DNA from: Octopus sinensis
Lineage: Eukaryota
Reading direction: 5' to 3'
NCBI RefSeq assembly: GCF_006345805.1
Contig: NC_043005.1
Coordinates: 88,722,001 to 88,786,000, forward strand
DNA length: 64,000 bases
Shown: one piece after another, positions 49,821-64,000 of the stretch
Position numbering within the stretch: position 1 is the first letter of the stretch
Layout: each line of letters begins with the position of its first letter
The notes under the pieces: generated by a model
What the model was told of the DNA's origin: nothing
Databases searched by the model: none
The model's input: only the letters and a program-made list of their open reading frames with translations
Position numbers and translations under genes: made by a program

Positions 49821-50200
49821 CTGTATCATTGCTTTCCTGTGGAACCCCTAACCTGTGTGTCTCACATGCATAACAAAAAAACTCTTCACACACTCTACCA
49901 CAACAAACCAAGCTACATCTCTGCATCTCTTCCTCACATTTCCATTTCATGCACTATGCTTACCTTCCACTCCCCAATCCTGTCCTCTTGGTGGTGTGCC
50001 ATTGTATCATTGCTCTCTGCTAGCCCTTGACCTGTGTGTTCTACCCACATGTAACAAGAAAACTTTTCCCTCACTCTACCTCAACAAACCAATCTACATC
50101 TCTTCTCTTCCTCACATTTCCTCCTTCCTACACTATGCCTAGCTCTCACTCCCCAATCTTGTCCTCACGACCTTGTTCCTCTGTATCATTGCTATATCCA
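49821..50200. repeat. Diverged ~180-bp tandem repeat (2 units plus the start of a third)
   Basis: tgtatcattgct recurs at 49822, 50003 and 50182 with colinear bodies. Confidence 0.8.
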
Positions 50201-52130
50201 GTAGCCCACCCCCTGACTCCATACATACCAGGTTTTCCGCCACTTACTCACACTCTTTAATCACACTTCCTTCGCAATATCCTGCCACTTATATTATGGC
50301 ATTCGAACTGCAAGGTTATGCCCTGGCACTTGCCACCATCTATATCTCTCTCTTCCTTTACTCAACCATCCCATTTATATTCTGATCCCTGTCCCTTGTG
50401 AGTGTGCCCAGCACTTTACCACCAACGCTACCCTGTTGTCTCCCACTCTCTCTCTCTCTCTCTCCTTCTCTTGCGCTTCCCTCTGGTTGGGTAACCATGT
50501 ATTTCCTTTGCAGCAATGCACCTGTTTCTGTTTTTATTCCTGATCTCTCTCTCTCCAGCCAGGTAACCTCGTACCTCCTCTACAGCAAGACACCTGTTTC
50601 TCTCTCTCTCTCTCTCTCACTATAACCTTTCATCATCTGACACAAGATCACCTCCTCCAATGCCCCTTCCCCTTTTGAAAGTTTTTTTTTGTCTTGCAAG
50701 TACTTGGTAACCCTGTCAGTGTTGGTGCCACTTAAAAGTACCCAGTCCACACTATAAAGTGGTTGGCATTTGGAAAGGCATCCAGCTGTAAAAACCTTGC
50801 CAAAACTGACCTCGCCTGTTCTTGTGCCATGTAAAAACCACTAAGTCCACTCTTCTGAGTGGTTGGTGTTAGGAAGGGCATCCAGCTGTAAAAATCCTGC
50901 CAAAACAGTTACAGAAACCTGGTGCAGGCTTCTGCTTGGCTGGCTGTTGTGAAACAATCCCACCCATGCTAGCATGGAAGGTGGACATTAAACAATGATG
51001 ATGATGATGGTGTGTGTGTATATACATATATATATATAATCGTTTAACGTCCGCTTGAATGTTTTTTTCACATGCCACCAGCATAAGTGCCAGTAAGGCG
51101 ACGCAGGTAACGATCACGCTCGAATGGTGCTTTTTTCGTGCCCATATATATATATATATATATATATTAAGAACAAATATAGTGAGATGGAACCGTTTAA
51201 AACTGCAACAAACAACCTAATTAGGGATGATAGCAGGATAAAGTGCACCAAGTATAAAGTGTTTAGCGATAGGAAGGGTTTTGGAGACTGAAATCATTTC
51301 AAAGAATGTAGAACATTTAAATATGACACAGATTCTACATGTTGGATTGTAGATGAGCTATGACTGTAGATGAGGACAATGACTGCAAATAGGGAACAAG
51401 AATTGGTGGTCTACATGAGATGAGCCCCTCAAGTGCCAGTGACATTGATAGAATGGTTCCAGGGCATACTGTAAAACATCAACAACATCCTGCTGTTGTC
51501 TGTACCAAGTGATGATGTAAACCATGATAAGCAATGTGATGTTGTGACATTCACCCATACCATGCTAGCATAAAAAGAAAAACAAGAGGAGGAGAAGGAG
51601 GAAAAAACAAGGGAAGGAAGAGGAGTATGATGGTGGTGGTGGTGGTGGTGGTGGTAGTGGGTGGAGTATAAGGGCAGTGGTTTAGCAAAATTGTTTGAAT
51701 AACAAAGTATGTTGCAGTATTTTGTTACATTTCTCTCTGTTCTGGGTTCCAACCCAGCCGAGATCACAGCTGCCTTTCATCTTCGTGGAGATGGTGGGGA
51801 CGGGGAGTCAGCAAAATAAAAGTTCAATCAGAATACCAAATCAGTACGATCACCTTTTATCTCTCTCCCAAAACTTACAGTGTTGTGCACATGCTAGAAA
51901 TCAGATGCAGCATGTGAGTGTGGGTGTGTGTATGGGGACACATGTGTGTATGTATCTATACACACACACACACACACATGCATACATACATAGCAGCCTT
52001 TCTAATTATTTATTTTTCTATTCTCTTTAGCTTGTCACTATCCATCTATCTGTCTGTTTGTCTGTCTATTCTATCTAACATGTCTAGCCAACTATCTACA
52101 TATCTATTTGCCTGAGTATTCTGTGTCACT

Positions 52131-52357
<227 letters not shown>

Positions 52358-52360
<3 letters not shown>

Positions 52361-54335
52361 ACGAAGAAGGTTAAACGAGAACGTCGACTCAGAGATATTG
52401 CTTGGGCTGAATTCAAAAATCTGGATTCGACTGCAGCTTTTGAGGTGTACAAAACTCAACGAGACCGAGCCGTGAAAATTGAAAAGAAAGAACGCTTCAG
52501 TTATGAATACAAAATCGCGGCAAATGCCAGTAGCAATCCAAAAACCTTCTTTGCCCATGTCCAGCGGAATTCCCGCTTGAACAACCAGATTGTAACATTG
52601 GTAGACTCAACAGGCGTATCGATTGAGGACCCTTATCAACAGAGTCAATTATTTGCCGAGGCTTTTTCAACTATTTTCAAACAAGATGATGGTCGTGAAC
52701 CCCCTCCATTTGATAGATCGGTACCTCCAATGCTTCGATTGATCATCACGCGGGACCAAGTCAAACGTGTTCTTCAAGGCCTCGATGTCAACAAGGGTCA
52801 CGGCCCTGACGGCATACACCCACGGGTTATCAAAGCGTTGGCTCCGGTCATCTGCGAGCCCTTAACACGACTATTCAATATGTCATTGGCGACGGGTGTT
52901 ATACCTGCAGACTGGAGAACAGCGATAATCTGCCCAATTTTCAAGAAAGGGAACCGCGAAGACCCGCTTAACTACCGACCGGTTTCCCTTACATCAATAA
53001 TCAGCAAGATGTTCGAAACCATCCTTAAGAAAAGTATGATGCTCCACCTCCTAAGCACAGCCTCGATCACTGATTCCCAACACGGCTTCGTGCCGAAGAG
53101 ATCATGCTTGACCAACTTACTAGTAATGGAAGAATTGGTGACGTGCATCCTCGATGATAGTGATGCTGTTGACATCGTTTTATTGGACTTTGCCAAAGCT
53201 TTTGACTCGGTAAATCACTGCCTACTACTTGTCAAGCTTCAAGCATATAGTTTCCATCCGGATATTGTACGATGGGTTGGTGCCTTCCTCTCAGATCGCT
53301 CCTTCCAAGTTCAAGTTAATGGTTCGCGGTCCGACATCTCCAGTGCGAGCAGTGGCGTGCCTCAAGGTTCAGTGCTTGGGTCCTTGTTGTTCTTAGTCTT
53401 CATAAATGACTTGCCCGACGACCTCACGCAACACACCCTTCTATTTGCCGACGATGTCAAACTGGTCGCTCCTCGCGGTAGTATAGAGGATCTTCGTCGA
53501 TGCCTCCACCAAATTTGGAAGTGGTCTAACGATTGGGACCTGTGTCTGAACGTGTCAAAGTGCTGTCATCTGCCTGTCGGCTCTACTCCTACAACTCAAC
53601 TTGATTTCGAGCCGGGTCGTCTGCTGCTGGAGAGGACTGATCAGGTAAAGGACCTGGGTATCTTGGTGGATTCCTCCTTTTCGCCTTCGGCCCAGTGCGT
53701 CCATGCTGCCAACAAAGCGCGCGGAATTCTGTTTTTGATTCGACGGTCATTCGGAGTGCTCACAGCAGCCATATTCCTGCCACTCTATGTCACGCTGGTG
53801 AGACCCATATTGGAGTATGCGATTCAAGCCTCTCCTCCTTATCTCCTCAAAGACATACAGCACCTCGAAAGAGTCCAGAGGCTGGCTACCCGCCTGGTTC
53901 ATGGTCTCAAAAATTTGTCCTACGAAGAAAGGCTGAGGACGCTCGACCTTTATTCTCTTGAAAAACGCCGCCGCCGTGGTGATCTCATTCTCGCCCACAA
54001 CATCATAAGTGGGAAGTGTAACCTCTCGAAAGAGCTGTTCTTCACTCCTGCTCCGGAGCATCGGCTGCGGGGTCATTCCGAAAAGCTCTACCTGCGACGA
54101 TTTCATCTCAATCGAAGGAGAGGAGCTTTCTCCGTCCGGGTTGCGGATCCGTGGAACAGGCTGCCAGATGAGATGGTGAAGATGCCGACGACCGCTTTGT
54201 TCAAAGCCTCCCTGGACCTCAAGTGGCCTGAACTCTTTACATGAACACCACCCTGTACTTAACTCCATGTCCCCCTACATGGCCTTGCTATTTGCTTTTG
54301 AGCCAAATTAACTAACTAACTAACTAACTAACTAA
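52358..54335 (+). mobile_element. Young 5'-truncated CR1-clade LINE
   Basis: Starts abruptly inside (CTAT)n; has an uninterrupted ORF2 remnant, a ~60-nt 3' UTR and a (TAAC)n tail. Confidence 0.9.
52445..54244 (+). CDS. CR1 ORF2 remnant: reverse transcriptase and C-terminal domain (no endonuclease)
   Basis: 599-aa ORF, open in frame from 52358: GPDGIHP, NYRPVSLTS, QHGF..RSCLTNL, LDFAKAFDSV, GVPQGSVLG, LFADD, KDLGI, LERVQRLAT, RRRRGDLI, LRGHS..L, WNRLP. No ATG start. Confidence 0.9.
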   Translation: MYKTQRDRAVKIEKKERFSYEYKIAANASSNPKTFFAHVQRNSRLNNQIVTLVDSTGVSIEDPYQQSQLFAEAFSTIFKQDDGREPPPFDRSVPPMLRLIITRDQVKRVLQGLDVNKGHGPDGIHPRVIKALAPVICEPLTRLFNMSLATGVIPADWRTAIICPIFKKGNREDPLNYRPVSLTSIISKMFETILKKSMMLHLLSTASITDSQHGFVPKRSCLTNLLVMEELVTCILDDSDAVDIVLLDFAKAFDSVNHCLLLVKLQAYSFHPDIVRWVGAFLSDRSFQVQVNGSRSDISSASSGVPQGSVLGSLLFLVFINDLPDDLTQHTLLFADDVKLVAPRGSIEDLRRCLHQIWKWSNDWDLCLNVSKCCHLPVGSTPTTQLDFEPGRLLLERTDQVKDLGILVDSSFSPSAQCVHAANKARGILFLIRRSFGVLTAAIFLPLYVTLVRPILEYAIQASPPYLLKDIQHLERVQRLATRLVHGLKNLSYEERLRTLDLYSLEKRRRRGDLILAHNIISGKCNLSKELFFTPAPEHRLRGHSEKLYLRRFHLNRRRGAFSVRVADPWNRLPDEMVKMPTTALFKASLDLKWPELFT

Positions 54336-54469
54336 CCTACCTACCTACCTACCTACCAATCCATCCATCTATCTATCTATCTATCTATTTATCTGTCTGT
54401 CTCTCTCTCTACCTACCTACCTACCTACCTACCTACCTATCTATCTATCTATCTATCTATCTATCTGTG

Positions 54470-54546
<77 letters not shown>

Positions 54547-55287
54547 ATCTACCTACCTACCTACCTACCTACCTATCTATCTATATATCTAACTTTCTCT
54601 TTGTCTCTAACATCCAATGGTTTCCCTCTAAAACCTATGCATTTTCCTATTCCCAGTGTTTTTATTAATCTTTTTTAATCTACAGTACTTACTACAAACT
54701 TGTTACATTAAATAAACAAGTGGGTACATCATACAACTTTCTCTCTCTCTCTCTCTCTCATTCCCTCTCTCTTTCTTTCAGGACACAGTCACATAATCGT
54801 GCCCTGAAAAGTGGGGCAATCAAGTGGGGTTTAATATAAAAAAACAATAAAACAGAATAAAATACAAACACGCAAAATATAAAGGCAGAGTATCTTTGAG
54901 AATAATCATGCCCACTCAAGCATAAAACGGTATTCATTTTGTTTTTTTTGTATAGAATTTAGACTAATACTTTTTCTTTTTTTGGCCTACATTTACTAAT
55001 TTGTGCTGAACTGAAGTATTATTTTGAATAATATCCAGTAAATATAGGTTGCCTGAATTTACTAGATGAAAAAGTCACGCATTAACATTAACAGAGAAAT
55101 GGAACATAAAGTGTTCATTCAACTTGCTAGAAATAGCAACCAAATCTCCATAAAATCACACCCTGCAGATTTAAAAAAATAAAATAACAGGACACAGACC
55201 ATGCTGAAAGGGCTGGACACTCAGAGCTTAAAATGAACCACATGGAAATAAAATATATGTGGTCAGAAGACAGCACCAGGCTGAATA

Positions 55288-55895
55288 ATGGTGGGAAGCG
55301 ATGAAACTGAGGGGGTAAAGGAGGATGTCTACTTAGGACAGATAGTGAATATCTGCCAAAATATGGATTCTGAAATCTCAGACAGAATAAGAGCAGGAAT
55401 GAAAGGCGACTTAACAAAAGGATGTACTCCAAACAAAGTTCGACGATGCCATATGTGCCAGACTGTTCAGAAGCACCAGGCAACCTGCACTCTTATGCAC
55501 AAGTGAGACATGGGCTGAAGTGGACTGAACATTGATTGGTTGCAACAGAAATGGCCATGGAAAGTTCTGTGTTAAGGATATCTATGAGAATACATTCGAA
55601 ATGAGATAATTTGATAATGGAGTGGAGTGAACAATGTGATTGCAGAGTACCAAAAACACAAGTTCCACTGGGCCGGACATATCGTAAGGTTCACAGCCAA
55701 CAGGCAGAGCTTGGCAGTTGCAGAGTGATATGCAAGGAATTGGGAAAAGGCCACTTGGAAGACCTCCACAATGATGGGAAAAGGATTTAGTGAAAAAATT
55801 TGGGTCAAGATGGAAAAGAATGGTGCAATCAAGACAGAATTGGAAGTGCATTGTGACAGGTGGTGATGGCGTGGCTGATATTGTGATATTGTGAA
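55288..55895 (+). mobile_element. Old, colinear RTE fragment of the same family as 29487-30097
   Basis: Degenerate frames VGSDE.E.VKE.VYLGQ, ETW, MES..L.IS, KFHWAGHI, GRPP. Confidence 0.75.
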
Positions 55896-56629
55896 ATATA
55901 AGTTGGCCATATTTACAGAATGAAAAAGTCACATATCAACATTAACACATAAATGTGTGTTCACTCAGCTTGCCAGAAATAGCAACCAATTCTCCCTAAA
56001 ATGATGATGATCATCATCATCGTTGAACATCCGCTTTCCATGCTAGCATGGGTTGGACGGTTCGACTGGGGTAGGGGAAGCCAGGAGGCTGCACCAGGCC
56101 CAGTCTGATCTGGCAATGTTTCTACAGCTGGATGCCCTTCCTAACGCCAACCACTCTGTAAGTTTAGTGGATGCTTTTTACGTGCCACCGGCACAGGTGC
56201 CAGGCGAAGCTGGCAACGGCCACGATCGGTTGGTGCTTTTTACGTGTCAATAATCAATAATAATATTCATTTTGGATTGTTGCAGTTGTTGTTGTTGTTG
56301 ATAAAGAGGTCAAACAATTTGTCAATACATAGTCTGATTACACCCCCCACACACACAAACACAAACCTACAAACACACACATAGATATGTATACACACAA
56401 ACACAAACACAAACCCATGCACAAACACACACACAAATACACACAATCACACCTACAAACATAAAAACACACACACACACACACACAATCACACATCTAC
56501 AAACATACACATGAATATATATATACACGCAAACACAAACACCCACCCACGCACAAACACACACACAAATACACATAAAAACACATACACACACACACAC
56601 ACAGACACACACACACAGACACACACACA

Positions 56630-56683
<54 letters not shown>

Positions 56684-59600
56684 CATCCTAAATCCTGCTC
56701 TATCAAGAGAACAGAACTAAATTGTTCCGCAACCTTTGAATATATCAACTGAAGTTTTAGAATCTAAAAATAAAAAGGACAGTGCCATGTATAATGTCTG
56801 TGCAGCTGATGCCATTTGGAACAGTCACTGGCCAATTATCAGAACCGAGAAGGCAAGCAAAAAAAATAAAAAATAAAAACAGAAATAATTCTAATGTGTT
56901 TTTTCACCTCTTATATAAAGAATGGTTGAAACAATAGTTAAATTCATTATCATCATCATCATTAAATGTCCATTTTCCATGCTGGCATGGGTTGGATGGT
57001 TTGACAGGAGCTGGCAAGGCTGGAGAGCTGCACCAGGCTCCAATTATCTGTTTTGGCACAGTTTCTACGGCTGGATGCCCTTCCTAATGCCAACCACTTT
57101 ACAGAGTGCATTGGATGCTTTTGACATGGCAGCAACACAAGAGCTTTTAATGTGGCACCATCACAAGTGCTTTCTACATGGCACCAGCATCATGGCACAG
57201 TGATTTTAGGACATCAATTCTGTTGTGGTGGGCATGTCTGGAGTACAGCAATGTATTATATATCTCAGCAGAGAGAAAAAGACAGGGAATTGGTTTTGTA
57301 GAATTTTTTTCTGCTTTGGTAGATGGCTACCACAGAAATATATGTAGGGTTTTGTTGTTGCTGTTTGTTTGTTTGTTTGTTGAGCGTCTCAGGACTGTTT
57401 GCAGTGGGAGAAGTCTGAAACATGGTCCTTTGCTATTCGTAAGACCCGCAGAAGAGAAAGGAGGTCAACCCGAGAGCATCGACGGATGGATGAATGTGCA
57501 TCCAGGCTCAGCGGTTGCGTAGGAAGTCGGGAACAAGAAACAGGAAGAAAGAGTGAGAGAAAGTTGGAGCGAAAGAGTACAACAGGGGTCGCCACCACCC
57601 CCTGCCGGAGCCTCGTGGAGCTTTAGCTGTTTTTGCTCAATAAACACACACAACGCCCGGTCTGGGAATCAAAACCGTGATCCTCTGACTGTGAGTACGC
57701 TGCCCTAACCACTGGGCAATTGCGCCTCCATTGTTGTTGCTGTACTTGAGGAGACCCAGCCAACACAACAGAATTGAGATCCTAAGACCGATGTGCCACA
57801 TGAAAAGAATTGGTGTGGGTGCTGGTGCCATGTGAAAAGCACCCTGTACACTCTGTAAAGTGGTCAGGGTTAGGAAGGGCATTGAGCCATAGAAACACAC
57901 AATGGGACCTGATTCAGACCCTAGCGTTGCCAGTTCCTGTCAAGCCATCCAACCCATGATGTTAGCTGTCAATGATGATAATGAAGATGTGTGTGTGTGT
58001 GTAAGTGTGTGTGTGTGTGTGTAATATGCTTATAATATGTTATGCAGGAGCAGCTGTGTTGTAAAAAGCTTGCTTCCCAACCACATGGTTCCAGGTTCAG
58101 TCCCACTGCATGGCACCTTGGGCAAGTGTCTTCTACTATAGCCTTGGGCCAACCAAGGCCTTCTGAGTAGATTTGGTAGATGGAAACTGAAAGAAACCCG
58201 TTGTGTATGTATGCATGCATGCATGTATGAATGCATAGCTACAGACCTATCTACACACATACTTAAGTACATAGATATATACTTATGTATGCATGCAGGT
58301 ACGTGTGGGTGTGTGTATATAAGTATGTCTACTGACTCTCTCTTTCTCTTTTTCTCTCTCTCTCTCTCTCCCTCTCACTCTCCATGGCAATCTACAGCCG
58401 TATCTTATCAGCCAATCCATTTGTCTGTCTGTCTGTCTGTCTGTCATTATGCTTGGCTGGTTATTAATGGAAGCAGAAAATACAAAAATAAAATGTAATA
58501 ATATGGTTGGAACATGGCCACAGATTGACAGAACTGTCGGGAGTCGGTGTGTGTGTGTGGGGGAAGATATTCTAATCGAGGCCATCCTTGTATGAATTTA
58601 ATAATGACTTATCAGGCATTAGGCTTTGGCCATGCTGGAGCAATGACTTGAAGAACTTTTAGTCGAATATAACCCCCCCCACACACACACACACCAGTAT
58701 TTATTTCTTTTTTTATGCCTGGTACTTTTTCTATCAGTCTCTTTTGCCAGACTGCTAAGTCACATAGACATCAACAAATCAACATTAGGTGTCAAGTGGT
58801 GGTGGTGGGCAAACATAGACACACACACACACACTCACACACATATGTGATTAGCTTCTTTCAGTTTCCGTCTACCGAATCCACTCACAAAGCATTTGTC
58901 CTCCTGAGGCTATGGTAGAAGACACTTGCCTTAGGTGACATATAGTAGGACTGAACCTGGAATCATGTGGTTGAGAAGCAAACTTATTACACAGCCTATG
59001 ATTTTATAGATGTTTAGTTCTAAATCCACCGTCTCAGCAAAGACTCTCTGACCATGGCCACCACATCTTTTTTATTTCAGATATGATGTATCTATGATTA
59101 CATCATCTAATATGTCCTCTCTTTTCTTAAATGGTTGGCAGCAGGAAAAGTTTAAGAGAAATTTGGCTGCTATTTCTAGCAGGTGAAGTACCCACATTGA
59201 AGCTGCGTGGTTTGTGGTGGTGTTATTTAACCACTGGTCATGCCTTAACAATCTAACTTATGATCAAAGATGCATCTACCATGACCATCATGCCTTTTAT
59301 CTTCACCTAGCATATCAAAGACTACAGTATCAAATGTGTCTTTTATTATTTCAAGATGGTGTCAGGTGGCAGCCTGGTAAAACTGTGAGCATGCCAGGCA
59401 AAATGCTGAGCAGTCTTTCATCCATTTTTATGTTCTAAGATCAAATTCCACTGAGGTCAACATTGTCTTTCATCCTTTTGGGGGTCAATAAAATGAATAC
59501 CAGTTGAGCACTGGGGCTGATGTAATCAACATAGCCCCTCCCCTAAAAAAAAAACTGCTGGCCTTGTGCCACAATTTGAAACCATTATTTCAAGATGGTG

Positions 59601-60200
59601 AGATTAGTATTCCTGGCAGAACAATCAACTATTTCGGAGCTGCCTCAATGGCTGGTAATTATTTTATTGACCCTGGCTGTGTTTCAATGTAATTAATTTT
59701 TTCAATTCAGACATATGGCCAGATATTTTTTCTGAAGAATTTCGCCAACATATTGACTGATCAGCCCTCCAATTATAGCTGAAAGTGATGATGGTCAGAT
59801 GAGAGCTTGGTTAAAAATTATTCAGTTACATCTGATCAATTTGCTTTGACCTGGATGAAATCTAAAATGGTGTTTGTTTACCTGAAATGGCCAGATAAAT
59901 CAATTCATGAGCCAGTCTATCTGTGCCATCTTTATTGTTTATTTGGTCAGAGCACTTCATTCTACATACCCCATTTCATATTGTACCAAGAAGACATACC
60001 CAATAATTTCACTGGGTGTTTTTGTTTTTATGGCTCCACATAAAAAGCACCCACTCCACTCTGTAAAGTGGTTGGCATTAAGAAGGGCATCCAGCTGTAG
60101 AAATCATGCCAGAATAGACAATTGGAGCCTGGTTCAACCCTCCAGCTTGCCAGCTCCTGTCAAACCAGCCAACCATAGCAGCATGGAAGATAGACATTAA

Positions 60201-60244
<44 letters not shown>

Positions 60245-62283
60245 AAGATGGCAACAACCAAAGTCTCGAGAAGATTTGGTGGATGGAAAACTAAAAGAAG
60301 CCCGTTACATATATGTGTGTGTCCTTGTCTTCACATCATGGGATATTTCTATATGAGTGTCACCCTCATACCACCAGAGCCCCTTGTTTGTAGTTTTGCA
60401 TGAAAACATGCCCAGCTGGAAGCAGGTGAGGGTTAGTGACAGGTTGGACAGCTGGCCATAGAAAATCTGCCTCAGTAAATTTTGTCTGACCCATACAAGT
60501 ATGGAAAAGTGGATGTTAAAACAACAATGATGACAGCCAGAAGACGGCGGTCACTTCCCATGATTTTTGTAAGACATCCATGCACAAATAATTGCATTTG
60601 TTGTTTCATTTCAACAACGGCCGAAAGCAAAAGAAGCATGAATAGGGTGAGGGGGGAGAGAGAGAGAGAGAGAGACAGAGACAGAGAGAGACAGAGACAA
60701 ACAGACAGATAGTAGCAGACCTGAAACAGAAGAATCGTGAGATAAGACACAGTTGAGGTTTAGGTACATATCTTTTATCTTTTATCTTTTCGCACGTTTC
60801 AGTCATTAGATTGTGGCCATGCTGGAGCACCACCTTGAGGAATTCTAGCTGAATGAATTAACTCTTCTTTTTAAGCCTGGTTCTTATTTTATTGGTCTCT
60901 TTGCTGAAACATGCTAGGTTACAGGGGCATAAACACAGACACATAGACATATATATATATCACCATCATCAACATCATCATCATCAACATTTAACATCCG
61001 CTTTCTGTGCTGGCATGGGTTTGATGGTTTGACTGAGAACTGGCAAGCCAGGTACCTGCACCAGGCTCCACTCTGATCTGGCAAGATTTCTACAGCTGGA
61101 TGCCCTTCCTAACGCCAACCACTCCAAGAGTGTAGTGGGTGCCTTTATACGTGCCACCAGCACAGGAGCCAGTCAGGTGGCATTGGCATTGGTCATGCTC
61201 AAATGATGCTTTTTAAGTGCCAGTCAGGTGGCACTGGCACACACACGCACACACACTCATATGATGGGCTTCTTTTAGTTCCTATCTATCAAATCCACTT
61301 ACAAGGCTTTGGTTGGCCCAGAGTTACAGAAGACACTTGCTCAGTGGAGTTGAACCTGGAACCATGTGTTTGGGAAGTGAGCTTCTTACCATACAGCCAC
61401 ACCTCAGCCTACATATGCTGGCAGCTAGGTCAGAGAAGTAGAGATTCTTGTAGAAGAAGCAAAGAGAGAAAAAAGTTTCTGTTTAAGAGATAGCAGTTGT
61501 AGTGCACGGGTGAGAGAAGCTTTACCAATCAATCCCAGTTGACATTGGTCAACTAGAGTCTATTCAGGTTGAGACTCAACTTCCATTCAACTTTATTCTA
61601 TAAAACTGAGCTCACCATCCTCCACCACCACCACCACCATCACCCACTATTAAAAGCCCCTTAAGATTTAGAAAATATTTACACTGAACAGTTGGATAAG
61701 ATCTAAAGTTTGCTGCGGTTGGCCATGTTGCAAGAACTGACAAAGTCTGAAAGATTACAACCAAAGGAAGCAGAAGCGTTAACAAAACGCATCCATCCAT
61801 AAAATTACATGTTTCAATGATTTATGGGAATTCTAAAGCTTGTTAACCGTTTCTATTGTGAAATAACGAATGTTGGAATGCCGCAGAAATAATTAAAGAA
61901 CCAAACAAACCGAATAGAAGAGTGAGCAGACACACATCCGCAGCTGCTGTCAATGCAGGTGGACAGAAATATAAAATGCAGGATGTACTTCACAGCATAC
62001 ACGATGGCTTTAACATAATTATAATAGACGTACAGCATCAATGGAGGAACTACATATAGAACAGCTTATATAAATAGCAGCAGCAGCAGCAGCAGTAAAT
62101 TGGGTGAGAACTCTCACAGATTATTTCTAGCTGAAAGCTCAAAGAGACGTTGGGAAGTAGACATCCAACCACTTGTAATTTTTATTCACCATTAATCATA
62201 AATGATGGTTGCAAAATTAAAACACGGGATTACTGGTTTTGAGTTGTTTAAGACTGATGCTTGGTTAATTTTACTCTTGAGAT

Positions 62284-63052
62284 GAGTCAAAAGTTTTGCA
62301 ATATTTGCATACGTGCTAGTTTGCAGTAAGTACATCACGTGACCGAAGCTGTTCAAGCTGTGGAAGGCACTTGCTGTGGTTGGTAGCATTGTGGTTGTCG
62401 GTCTGCTGACGTGTTATCTCTTGCTTCAGTCTGCACGTGATTTGAAAGCCACACAATGTAGTCTAATTCAAGAACTTATGCTTTACGAGTTCAAACTGGG
62501 CCATAACACCATGGAAGCACCGAAAACCATTTGCAGTGTGAAAGGTGAAGGTACAGTTGATCACAGTTTAGTAACCAGATGGGTCAAGAAATATCGTTCA
62601 GGTTATAAGAACCTCAATGATCAGGCAAGGTTAGGGAGGCCTAAAACTGTGGGTTTCAAGGCCTCTGGTTCACAGAAACCAGGCTGTTCTCCAACAAGAC
62701 CTCATACCACTCAAACAACCTGGAATAAATTCCAAGAATTTGAGGGAATTGAACGGATGCCACACCCAGCATAGAGTCTGGACCTAGCTTCCTCGGATTA
62801 CTACTTGTTCCGATTCTTGGTTCACTTCCTGTGCTCATGACGCTTCATCAACCAAGAGGAGGTGGAAGCTTCAGTGAAAGAATTCTTCACCTCAAAGGAC
62901 AAGAACTGGTATCATCGTGGGATCAAAGAACTTGTTAAAAAAAGGAGGCTTCAGACAGTGCAGCTCGATGCTCTTTGAATGCTTGACTGCTTTTTTGGTG
63001 ACTTGAAGAATAAAGCAAATAAGTTACCAAAATATTGCAAAACTTTTGACTC
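62284..63052 (+). mobile_element. Internally deleted mariner element
   Basis: 23-bp perfect inverted repeats (62284-62306, 63030-63052). The N-terminus MLYEFKLGHN...RWVKKYRSG...GRPK is joined directly to a C-terminal PHPAYSLDLASSDYYLF; the catalytic middle is absent. Confidence 0.85.
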
Positions 63053-63069
63053 TATGCAATAGCATAAAG

Positions 63070-63290
63070 AAATATCTAAATGTGTGGGGAGGAGAGAGGG
63101 GGGAGAGGAGAGAGAGAAGAGAAGAGAGAAGAGAGGAGAGAGAAGAGAGAAAGAAGAGAAGAGAGAGAGAAGAGAGAAAAGAGAGGAAAGAGAAGAGAAG
63201 AGAGAAGAGAGAGGAGAGAAGAGAGAAGAGGAGAGAGAAGAGAAGGGAGGAGAGAGAAGAGAGATGAGAGAGAGGAGGAAGAGGTGAGAG
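63070..63290. repeat. Purine-only (GAGAA/GAGAG)n tract
   Basis: Direct reading. Confidence 0.9.
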
Positions 63291-64000
63291 AGTGTGTTTA
63301 TAAGTAAGTGTAAAGGGGCAGGGCAGTGCTCTGAGCCTCCTCCTAAAGTGAAAGATGATAAAGGCTAAATAAGGAGAGTAACATCATGGTGTTTAGTTTG
63401 AATTCAATGTTTATGTTAAAAGGAACCCAAAAGCTATGATATAAGTTTCCCAAGAGCAGAAGAACTGAGGAAAAAGCATTTTTTTTTCAACAGGAATTTA
63501 GGAGGTAAAGTACCAGAAAGGTGCAGAGATAAAGTCATCAACAGAATAAAATGAAGATAAAAGCTAATTCAATCGAGAAGACACAACTAACAAATGGCAG
63601 AGAGAGGATCCAACAGAAAAGGTTCTGAGTGATATTCATCAGTAACCATAAGGGACCAGTGATATCTCCATAATGTTGAACAGATAAATAGTTTTGGGGA
63701 CAAACTCATGTTAATACCTCTCTGATGCACAGACCCCCAGCTTAGCACATTATTATGTTTTAATACAGAATTATTAACTTGGATTACATTACTTGAGTGC
63801 CAATCAATAATGGAGACAATACAATGCAATATATACTCAAAAAATGCAGGCTGATTAAAGCAGAACTTATAAATCCACGTGCAAAAAGTAACATGCCACT
63901 TACGAAACAAACCAGAATGCAAATCAGAAGGCAGTCAAAAGTTGACTTTAAAAAGGACACGAGGTGGACGCACGAAATAAAGCAGAGTCACTAAACTTAG

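Noticed and set aside
52972-54268. Antisense and alternate-frame ORFs (52972-53196, 53695-53961, 53747-54268)
   Set aside because: Shadows of the GC-rich CR1 ORF2.
63300-64000. A-rich stretch resembling a decayed LINE ORF
   Set aside because: No diagnostic RT or endonuclease motif could be read.

Overview
AT-rich, repeat-saturated eukaryotic genomic DNA, most likely from an Octopus species (inferred from the SINE and microsatellite landscape, not from a search). There are no prokaryotic features and no CRISPR. The only host coding sequence I recognise is the first coding exon of an SLC22-type organic cation/anion transporter (16582-16724, +). I found no second exon, so most of 16.7-64 kb may be one long intron. 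A weak terminal-exon candidate lies at 12332-12511. Mobile DNA includes a complete but disabled mariner (13143-14416) and an internally deleted mariner (62284-63052). There is also a Buster-type hAT pseudogene (9456-10899), a young 5'-truncated CR1 LINE with an intact RT frame (52358-54335), several RTE LINE pieces (one with a 5'-inversion), two Dong/R4-type fragments, TTAA MITEs and dozens of tRNA-derived SINEs. The most notable pattern is at least four unrelated repeat families carrying Penelope-type minimal hammerhead ribozyme motifs. One is a tRNA-headed SINE/hammerhead chimera, one is a TSD-flanked palindromic insertion, and one copy (30412-30461) has an intact catalytic core. Several long hairpins, a dimeric 59-bp hairpin minisatellite and a ~9 kb inverted duplication (probably an assembly artefact) are also present. 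Most ORFs in the track are microsatellite translations. All alignments and folds were done by eye.
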